Assembly (NCBI GenBank): GCA_900088475.1
Contig: FLMG01001412.1
Location: 1 to 45,833 of the forward strand
Direction of reading: 5' to 3'
Source: Hyphochytrium catenoides
Taxonomy: Eukaryota > Protista > Hyphochytriomycota
Length of the DNA: 45,833 bases
Shown here one piece after another: positions 36,379-45,833 of this stretch. Numbering within the stretch: the stretch's first letter is position 1; each line of letters opens with the position of its first letter. The notes beneath the pieces were generated by a model. It worked only from the letters and a program-made list of their open reading frames with translations, ran no database searches and had not been told where the DNA came from. The position numbers and the translations under genes are program-made.

Positions 36379-36543
36379 CTTGTGTGAGGCTGACAGGCAG
36401 CTAATGGAGGTTTTGACGCACTTGTTTCGCAAGTGCTATCAGCGAGGGGGTGTCCACACACAAGCTCTGTCATGTTGGGGCTACTGACAATACTTCCCTC
36501 TCCCTATAATGACACAAATGAACACGAACTTTTGCACATTTCA

Positions 36544-36870
36544 CTAAGAAGGGAAGAAACGCCCATGGCGCGAGCGGCCCGCGCTCTTCCTCGGTATCGC
36601 CTGTTTGCATCCTAGTCTCTTGCAGTCCGTTGGCCTTCTACAGGCGTCTTTATCACGCTGTAGAGCTTCATCTTCAAGCTTCAACTGTAGAGTCTTCCTC
36701 TTTAATGATTGTAGCGTGTCTTCTGATGTGTGGTAGCTGAGCATTGGGGAGGACTGGTCCTCTTACACAGTTTAGTTCAAACAGCTAACTCGTACCCTCT
36801 ATAATCATTAGAAGAATGGCTTGACGGTGGCCCCTTCAAAGAGGTCTTCAGAACACTTGACAAAGGTCAG
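36544..36870 (-). CDS. Possible small coiled-coil protein fragment
   Basis: Open segment YHTSEDTLQSLKRKTLQLKLEDEALQRDK with a compatible upstream exon. Start not identified. Confidence 0.2.
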
Positions 36871-37225
36871 GGAGAGGAAGAGAAAGGCGCGGTAACTTCC
36901 CACGAAAGTTCGCGATAAACCTGCTGCGGGCCGAGCTTCAATTATCTCTTGGACGTCGATATTTCATCAGTCATACCCTGCTTGCTTGCCCAACGGTGGG
37001 ACGAGGGAAAGCACGTGAGCGTGATTGAAGATCTCAACTGGGCACTAAGTCCCACGCTGCATCTTTTGAGAGATCTGAGCTTTATACGTGGCACTGTTGA
37101 CCGGCCCATTGCCGGCCTCTCAAGCTAGGACGCAAAAGTTCAGAGAGGATCTTCCATCCTCCTATAGAAAAGACAAGAAGGCACAAAAGCTTCCGTTAAA
37201 TCTCTAGAATAGGCTTTGAAGGGTA

Positions 37226-38472
37226 ATGGAGCCAATAGCGGAGGAAGCAGTAGTGGAAGATGGCGCTTCACCTCCACCACCCCACCCCACCAGACGCTCA
37301 TGGGTGTTCATGTCAGGAAGTTGGCAGCTCTTGCCTCTTGACGCCTCTGCTTATAGAAGGTCCCGAGGAATTGCAGATGTGAGATCCACATTTCTCGTCG
37401 CCCTGGATGGCTACCCATACTGACTCTTTGTGTCACCGCCATTAGATAATCGCTGCCGAGAATGAAAGCAAGGCTGGCCAAGCTGATGCTGAAAATACGG
37501 ACGATACTGAGGTAATGTGGCCTTTTTATAGGCTATAGTTCAGCACCTACCTTGTCAGCTGATATCGTCCTTCACATGCCCGTTCTGCCATAGCTCTACG
37601 ACATTCACGATCTTCCCTTCGTACCGGGTTCCTTCCCTCCTTCTCCCGGGACGCAAACGCTTGCTGACTCAATAACTACGATGGTCTCTGAGGATGAGAT
37701 GTGAGTCTGAGTAGCCATTCTTTAACCACTGCCCTGAGTTCGACGGATCAACAGTCACTAACATCCAATAAACTTGGACTTTAGGCGGGAAAGAGGGCCT
37801 ACTAGATCAGGATCTGAGGCTTCCGACACGGAGGACTCACTTTCTCCTACATCAGCAATGCTAGGACGGGCACTAAATCAGCTTGGCAATATAATGCAGC
37901 GGCGGTCCAGCGAACAGCCTGCAGCTGTTTTACCTGAACAGAAAGTTCTTGAAGATGTAAAGTCCAATGAAGCTGAGCCAACGGTTCTCTCAGCTGGAAC
38001 TAACAGTTTGGACCTTGAAGAGGAGGCTAAAAGAGACTCACCTCTGCAGTCCGAGAACCCTATGCATGAAAGTGCGGATTATCTCGACCCTAGTGCATCA
38101 GCAGCCATGTCCTTTGTCAGCCTTCATGAAAGTGATGTAACGGAGAAAAGGCCTGCCGATCAGGCTGATGGCAACCCTTCAGACAATTCTCCTGACCCGT
38201 CGCACTCCGAGAATGGGAGATCAGAGGAGAGCTACTTTTCGTCCTCAGGATCTGACGATGAAGAGCTGTCATTGTCATTCATGGCAAGCTATTCTCTCGC
38301 CCAGAGGAAGTATGAACAACATTATCGTAAGCAAATGAGCGACGTCTCGCTATCAGGCTCCAAGATTGAAAAGTCATTGGGGAGCTCAAGGTCCAAGTTA
38401 TCCGGCGACGGCAATGACGACGATGATCTGGGCAGCGTTGTCAAGAGAATGCTGAACTTCATATGGACGTAA
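37226..38472 (+). CDS. Acidic, Ser-rich, probably disordered hypothetical protein
   Basis: MEPIAEEAVVEDG first exon, short internal exons, and a long last exon (SGSEASDTEDSLSP..VKRMLNFIWT*). Confidence 0.6.
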
Positions 38473-39255
38473 GTGACCGATCTGTTTTGCGACTTTATCA
38501 AAATTCTGGTGGTGCTAATTGCACTTCTTCTGCAGAAAAATCAAAGAGAATCGGCACATGGTGCTAAGTTTGACTTTGTCGCATACCGTGTGCATTGTCT
38601 TTACCTGGTACGTTGCCAGTCGCCGCCCCTGTCAAGCATGTGCTGGATGGTACTCGGTCCAGCGACTGGTTGCCGCGTAGTCCAACTCTTCCTTATCAAA
38701 GACGGGTGCTTAGAATGAGCTGTATCATTAGCCCGGCTGGAGCAAGGGCCTTTGGGTCCTGAATGGGTCAGAGACTTCGTAGTTCTAAAGTCAATCGCCC
38801 AGTACTGCTCAGACGGACTCGCCGACCTGTTGTCCATACAAGCATTACCCTCATGGGACGCGAGCTTAGCAAGCGGGTTCAGAGGTCCAGCTAGCTAAGT
38901 TTTAGTACAGTTGACCTTTTGCAAACTCGATGGTCTGACTTCCATTACGAGTTTTTAGGAAGAAAGTATCAACATAAGGGTTACATATAACGTTATCGAA
39001 GGATATGAGAAGACCAAGAGGGTGTCATCAGTAGCATCTAGTTTAGATGAGCGTGCTTGCGTATACAGGGCTAGTGCTTTGCTCCTGCATTGTCCATATG
39101 CCTTGGGTCCTCCCTTTGGGCTTTCGTCCGCAAAACCTAATGGATGGATAACGACCATTCCAGGGGACTCTTACTCCCTATGCTCGACCTCATCCGCAGC
39201 TCGCCAGCACCAGCAGTTTCGCCTCACTCGAGCTCCTAGACCGTTCTGCTGATGA

Positions 39256-39932
39256 TTAGTTGGACGACCAAACTTTGGGAGGGAAAGAGTCAGGTGAAGG
39301 CTGTACTTTGCAGTTATGAGACTTTATTGTCTTAGAATCTGCCACCAGCGTCAGGACCCCATAATGAATGGGCCATATTCCACTTCTCCGCAATGTTTTG
39401 CATGCAATTTCATTTGTGATACCTTTGCTAACGGCTTGGCAAAACAGTGATACCTGCTGTTCTTTGGTTAGTCGTGCCGCTCTATTAGATTGTTTTGCCC
39501 AAAGATGTAATGTTTTCAAATCGGTCACTGTGCCTGGAAGGGTCTAAGATGCCGGCAAGTGGATACCGCCAGCAACGCATATCTCTTTGGGCCTTTGATG
39601 TCAGAGCCAGTTCCCCCTTGATAGATTATACGGCTGTCACCGACTATTGTTCAATGGCCTAGATCCTGGAGCATATTTGTTGAGGTGATCTACTACTACC
39701 CATCTCTCTATAATAAGAGCAGTGTCAGTGAAAGGCTATCAACCCGACGGGCCATAGCGGGTGCCAGCTGGAGCAGCATTCCTCTCCTTAGAGTGCGCAA
39801 CAAAGGCCGTGAATGAAGGAAGATATCAGATATGAGGTTGAAGAAGCTCAAGAAATCTGTATCTGGACACTGTTCTGAGACTTCATTAGAAGACCCAGAG
39901 TACCGCTTCGAACTATTTTCGGCACTAGACAT
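39256..39932 (-). mobile_element. Possible decayed pogo/Fot1-type DDE_1 transposase remnant
   Basis: Stop-interrupted minus-strand segments in the expected order: RPLL..LTLLLL / STNMLQDL (compare TTHLLQPLD) / AVSKGITNEIACKTLRRSGIWP (compare AW..IT..NI..GFRKTGIWP). No TIRs identified. Confidence 0.3.
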
Positions 39933-40486
39933 GAGAACAGCATGAATAGAACTGTACCCTTCAAAATCGTTACCGAATTCAGCTCACAGAAACGACGAAA
40001 GCACAAGTATTATAAAATGCAGTAACTAGATAGTGGTTACTAGATACGTATGTGGAATGAAAGGCGGCGAGTAAGGCGGGAGATATTATCATGCCAAGAA
40101 AGGTCTTTTCCTAACAAATGATGTATATTACTACACGCGCCACCCCCTGGACCTTGGCGCGGCAGCTGAATGTATGGGAAATAATGACTGGCGGAGCTCT
40201 GTACAGAGAGCGGCGGAATTGCTCTATCAGCGCCGCACCATCGCGAAAGCAAGAACTTGATGGTCTGGAAGCTCCACTTCCGAGTCCCTCAGCCGATTAT
40301 TAGAAGGATCTAGGCAAGGTACGAGCGCCGGCATTGCCATTGTAGTGCCTTAGAATTGATTGGGAGGGTGTGGACCAGGTGATTTTGTTTATTGCCCATT
40401 AGCGTCTTCTCTCTGGCTCCTGCCATCTGTCGCTGACTTGGATAATCAGTTGGCAACTAAGACAACTACCCTCTCTTTCTCCTCAG

Positions 40487-40982
40487 ATGAAGTTCAACCC
40501 AAACGTAACCTCCTCTCGCCGGAAGTGCCGCAAGGCTCACTTCACGGCCCACTCCACGGCCAGGAGAAAGATTATGAGCGCTCCTCTGTCCAAGGAGCTC
40601 CAGGCCAAGTACAATGTAAGCTTTGGCAACTTGGCAGCACCCATTCTTATTCAGGTAGCTTAGGTGAATCCATCTCTAGGTACGCTCCATGCCTATCCGT
40701 AAGGAGGACGAGGTGACCATTGTTCGCGGTCTTTACAAGAACAGAGAGGGCAAGGTCACCAGCGTCTACCGCAGGAGATACGCTATCTACATCGAGCGCG
40801 TGACCCGTGAGAAGGCCAATGGCGCAACCGTAAATGTCCCCATCGATCCTTCTAAGGTTGTCATCACAAAGTTGAAGCTGGACAAGGACCGTAAGGCAAT
40901 CCTTGAGAGGAAGAATCGCTCCAAGACCGCTGACAAGGGCAAGTTCACCGACCAGGAGGTCAACATGGCCACTGTGGACTAA
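40487..40982 (+). CDS. RPL26: 60S ribosomal protein L26 (uL24)
   Basis: [43 protein letters not shown]|[64 protein letters not shown]. Confidence 0.98.
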
Positions 40983-42149
40983 GCAGGTGTCGATAATACT
41001 CCTATTATTAGTCAGCTGCAGGGATGACTGTTTGGCCGGAGCAGAGGTTGCTTGTAATAAATGGGTTCTTACTTCGCGATTACCCAGCGCTACCAGCGAA
41101 TGCCGGCGGTAACAATGGTGAATTACTGATATGCATCGGTAGGGTCTTTCAGGTCTCAGACTTTACAGAGATGGGGCAGGTACTGGGGTCAATTTAGGAA
41201 AGGAAAGGATGATTGCAGCAGATTGTAATGTTGAGGTTGGATAAAGATGCAGGCTTAGAGTGGTCAATTTGTTTTGAGGTGTTGAAAGAAGGGAAATGGT
41301 GTCCAGACGACATGTGAAAGATCGCGAATATGGCAAGAGACTTTGAAGGCTTCTTGATGCGAGACCGGTACCTTCATTGCCAGAACTATGTTCAGCAACA
41401 ACCACCTGCTGCAAATAGTTTACGCTCTATCCGATGGCGAAGTATGGTGGTTTGGCTGATGCCCTCAGCAATACTGGGAAGAAAACTGACAATTGCGCTA
41501 CAGCATTAGACTGAGGCCATCATTTACTGTCTTGACCCACTCTTCTATATGATCTCACACGGTGCTTCTAATAAGTGTATTGGCGACAGAGTCAGTTACC
41601 CCGTCCCCGATCCTCCTTGTATAAAATAACTCAGCTTTGCCCTGTATATGTAAAGACAACAATGCTGCCGATGGCTTTCTCAGATATGAAAGCCTCAAAA
41701 GAAGAGGAAACAGGGAAGAAGCCAAGGTGGCTAGCTTCTATATTCTAAGGCAAGCCCAGCTTTCCATCGGAGAGCAGCTCGACATCATCATCAAGAAAAT
41801 TACTATGCTCTTCCCTCAGAAAGTACCCGCACAAGTTGCGCACAAATTCATGATGAAGGTAAGGCTGTCCTTGAATTGGACCGAGAACGGTTTGTACATG
41901 TACCACAACAGAAACTCGAGGTGCGGATTTGTCTGAGGTTTTGTCATGGAAGTGGTAGAAAAGAGCGCTTCTGAACAAACCAGGGATTTGGAGAAGAGCG
42001 CCAGTCGCTTCTTGCCTCTGCGCTTTTCCCTGAAGAATCACACTTTCCTCCCGTTCACGGAAGATATCAGCTTACAGAAGAGACAACGAGGTGTTCCCGG
42101 CCATTACCAACGTGGCTGAGCATCAAGAGATCTTCAATCGCACTAAAGG

Positions 42150-44596
42150 ATGGGCCGTAAGAAGGGGTATTCGCATCTGGCCCTGTGGATGTGCGTCGTG
42201 GCGCTCCTGGCCTCCGCTGGGGCTTCTGGTGATTGGCAGAGTACTATGTGGTCGACCTTTGGCAAAGTTAGAGATGTGCTTGATGGTGCTCGGCATGCAA
42301 CTAGTGAAGCTATGAAGAATGTCTTAGGGTTAGGTAAGGCGGGAGTAGTCCTTAGGTCTTTCAGTCAGACACCCTCTCTAAGCCTCATTTCTTAGACTAT
42401 TGTGAGTACGTCGAGGAGCCCGTTAAGTCCGTGCGCTCTCTCCTGTCAGAGCGCCTTCGAGGCCAAGATATTGCAATGGATGTCATGGTAGCAGCTATTG
42501 AGGCGTGGGAGTTCAAGTAGGTCGCTTATAGCATTCTTCTTCCGACGCAAATCACATGCCGTCACAGCATCACCTGAACCAATCTCTTTGTCCTTTCCCC
42601 CTGTCATTACTCTCCGTGAGGCAGCCGCCATAGCGAGACTAAGGGTCGGCCATTGACAATGGCCTTCACAGGTCCAACGGGAGTGGGGAAGACTGAGAGT
42701 TCCTACCTCATTTCGGAAGCTCTTTTCAAACATACCCGGGCACACCGCGGAGAGCTGCGAGGGATGAAGGGGTTGCTTGTCTTTCGGTAAGAGGCTTGAG
42801 GCAAACGTGGTGAGATCTGAACTGATGCGCATCCTCGGCCTCTCTCCATACTTCTTCAGTGGGGAGGATTTCATGGATACCAAGGACAATCCGCTCAGCC
42901 GCTATCACGATCAGATCAAAACAAGGTATTGGGCCTTAAACTCTCTGTGTCCCTCCGTAGACTGTCGTATAAACTTCCATCAATTAGGCTGAGAGATCAC
43001 TTGGCTAAGTGTGAGGGACGCACCGTGGTTGTGTTTGATGAAGTACAGAAGGTGGTGCCTCATACGCTCGATGGTACGGTCCTCATACTGAGTCTGTACC
43101 GGCCAGTTTATTCAGACCATCGCTCTGTCTTTTTCCGCCGCTATTCACACTTTTCTTGCTGCTTCTTTAGCTTCCAAACTGCTCTTCTTCGCTCCCGGAA
43201 TTGGTGAGGCTATCGAGGACTATTCCAACTCTTCTATGCCTTTCTTTTCGAGGTCTGCTATTGATGAGGTCCTAACCTACATGCGCAGTTCTGATTGAAC
43301 CCATGAGCGATCAAGCGCAGTTCACTTACTACCACGAGAGTGAGAAGAAGGCTGTCACTTATGATACAAGCAAAGTGGGTTCCTCATCCTTACTGTCCGT
43401 AAGCACCTTGATAGACAAGGACCTCTGTTGCTGCTTCTCGTCTGGCTGCCACTTCCGCGGCTCCTTCTGGAGCTTCCCTCTCTTTGCTCCCGCTTCGAGG
43501 CTCGACGTCCTTTGATAAAAGGTTTTCCTGCGATTCTAACCAATATTTCAGGTCATCTTCATACTTATATCGGACATTGGGGCAGACAGGATGCTGAGAC
43601 TGATCATTGAGAAAGGCAGTCGGGAGAAAGTTCCTATGGTACCTTCAGTATTCTCCTTGATTATCTCTCTGCAAAGCTCGTAGACCTTCCTTTGCCACGC
43701 TGGCATAAGCTATGGACTCACCTAAGCTCTTCTTTGTCTGGTATCACGTTGAGTAGGAGGATTTTCGGAGAGTAGTGAAGGATGCACTGGACAGCCAATG
43801 GCAGAGGTTGCAGTTTGGCAAAGTAATTGACGAGGTAATCTAACACACAACATCCAGAGTCTACTGGTCACGATGCTGGGAGGCCGTCTCTCACAGTCTC
43901 TTATAGGTGGTGCCCTTTCTCCCGTTAGAGCAGGAGCACATAATTTCTATTATAGAGCTGAAGCTGCAGGAACTCGATTATCTGAACCGAAACAAGTACT
44001 GGCGAGTGCTTAATGCCACGGTGAGCTCCTCTTTGTGATGGTTCTTCTCTCTACTAGCTGTCTCTATACTACGCTTCCGCTTTGAACCTCTGGGTCCGTT
44101 TGGCAAGCGACATGCAAGCCCTCCACTCTAGCTGCTTGACAACTCCCTAGCCTCATTCTCCTAAATTGCGTCCTTGCCTTATCTGTCTCTCCGATGGCGC
44201 TTAGTGAGCTTGACCTTTTATGACCCATGGCAGGATCCGGACTTTGTCCGTCACCTTTCGACTCCAAAGTTCATCACGTATATCAACGCCTCATTGCCAG
44301 GCCATAGAGGACAGATCGTTTTTGCAAATTATGGGGCAAGGAACATTGCTGTGGGCGGACCTCTACATAGGCTCAAAGCCAAGCTCTTCCGCTATCTTCA
44401 ACCTCCTAACCCGGCAGCAGATGTGGTATTGAGCTTTGATGCTGCTAGCCAAGAAGTGAAAATAGAGTCGTGCCTTTCCCAACCTCAAGACCAAAGGGTT
44501 TGCAGCTCAATAGGAGGCAGCGAGGTCTGTGAAGCACAACCTTCAACGCAAGAGACCGTCATGGAATGCATCACAATGTGGATGGGAGAGTTATGA
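42150..44596 (+). CDS. Torsin-like single-module AAA+ ATPase with N-terminal signal peptide
   Basis: Ten exons. Signal peptide LALWMCVVALLASAGASG, LRGQDIA, PLTMAFTGPTGVGKT (Walker A, 42671-42694), VVVFDEVQK (Walker B), VIFILISDIG (sensor-1 position), VIDE|VVPFLPLEQEHI and FANYGARNI (sensor-2 position). Confidence 0.88.
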
Positions 44597-45294
44597 TGGA
44601 GGACACACTCTTGAGAACCTGGCTCAACCTATTTATGACCGTTCCCGGCCGAACCTCTCGTAGGACTCTCCCTCACCTGCTTCACCTCCTCATGCTGATC
44701 GACGGGCCTGGGGACTACTGCTTGGTGTGGGAGGATGTACGGCTCGAAGGACACGAGGCAGACAGCCGCCCAGCAGCAGTGAAAGCACTGACAGGCACGT
44801 AGTAGAGCGCCAACTCTGCCTCTGTGGCCGCGCGGACAGCCTTTGAGATGTCGGCTGTCGCCACACAGAATCAGAGCAGCTATCCTTTCCTATTTAAGTC
44901 GCATAAAGCTTACAGTAACACCTCCTAGCTTATTGATTACCTATAGTGATAGCGCTTGAGTGTTTTGTCAAGCCTTTAGGTTGTAGTGTGTCTCCTGAAT
45001 AGGTCGCCTTGGACCTAAAGGAGTAACTCCTCCACGACCTACTAACGGCTAGAAAGACCATCGATTCTCCAAGATGTGGAGATTTTCCTCTGTAAGTTGA
45101 GCTTCAGGGAGATTTTTATTGGATATTTCTGTCATGCTTCTCAGCTCAGCTGGGGGTTCCTCCGTGACGTGACGGTGTATGACTTGCTCGGGAGACTGTC
45201 CTCTAGCTTGTCTGACTTCTTTTGTGGTAAGACTCGCAAGGATATAGGTCGTCGAGGTGTTCCTCTTTGAGTCTTTCCATTTTTAGATAAGAAC

Positions 45295-45833
45295 ATGGAC
45301 TGGCTGGGGCGCCTGGTAGGCAGCTCATCCTCCCAGCTGCCGTATGAGATCGGTCCGACAGCAGATGATCGTTTCAATGGAGGTCTAGCCAAATGGGAGC
45401 TCAGAAGGGGCTCCAAAAAAGACGGTCTGGGCACGAAGGTGTCCATTTTCAAGTATGACAAGACCAAGTCATCCCCCTCAACCCTGGCAATCGCTCAGAA
45501 CGCACTCCGCCGCATGAAAACTTTACGGCACCCGAACACGCTTGCCTTTCTGGTAGGCCTCGCATGATTAAGCCACGCCTTTGCACCGCCTTCTATAGCT
45601 CTCTTGCCTTGCTCTTGCTCTCATCAACCGCCCTATCCTTTGTTGTTTGCGGCCGTATGTGTTCAGCCCTCGATTTTCTGTCTCGCCTCTGGTCTTGTAC
45701 ATGGTATCCTTCGAGCCTATTCACAGGAAATGCATATTTTGGCTGTCTTTGACTGGGTTAGGATGGCATTGAGAGCGATAAAGAGATCATTATAGTTACA
45801 GAGGAAGTCACGCCTTTGGCAGCGGTGATCTCG
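45295..45833 (+). CDS. SCYL1: SCYL1/Cex1-like pseudokinase, 5' part (runs off the window)
   Basis: LPYEIG..WELRRGSKK..VSIFKYD..AQNALRRMKTLRHPNTLAFL|DGIESDKEIIIVTEEVTPL is the typical SCY1-family N-terminus. Confidence 0.9.

Noticed and set aside
1-45833. Prokaryotic operon, defence island or CRISPR array
   Set aside because: The genes are spliceosomal-intron-containing eukaryotic genes. The repeats are adjacent tandem copies with no unique spacers.

Overview
This is eukaryotic nuclear DNA from a compact, intron-rich genome (about 50% GC, GT-AG introns mostly 40-280 nt and often CT-rich, standard genetic code). It is most likely a stramenopile (heterokont), because it encodes a mastigoneme-type (Ocm1/SIG-like) EGF module. 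Most ORFs in the supplied track are exon fragments or antisense noise, so I rebuilt genes by manual splicing. Well-supported genes: PH-domain protein, a large secreted beta-sandwich-repeat plus mastigoneme-EGF protein, class B DnaJ, a SnoaL/ester-cyclase fusion, DHHC palmitoyltransferase, alkaline ceramidase, mitochondrial Rieske protein, mitoribosomal mL41, a tandem-domain putative transcription factor, CNNM/DUF21-CBS protein, a bHLH-F-box fusion, RPL26, a signal-peptide Torsin-like AAA+ ATPase and the 5' part of a SCYL1-like pseudokinase. There are also several weaker hypothetical genes, a possible decayed DDE transposase, short tandem duplications, two 13-bp inverted repeats and two assembly gaps. 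The most interesting items are the Torsin/ClpB-intermediate ATPase, the bHLH-F-box protein with a non-canonical basic region, the SnoaL domain fused to a regulator-like N-terminus, and the mastigoneme module on a long repeat stalk. All family calls are from motif recognition by eye; no database search was run.
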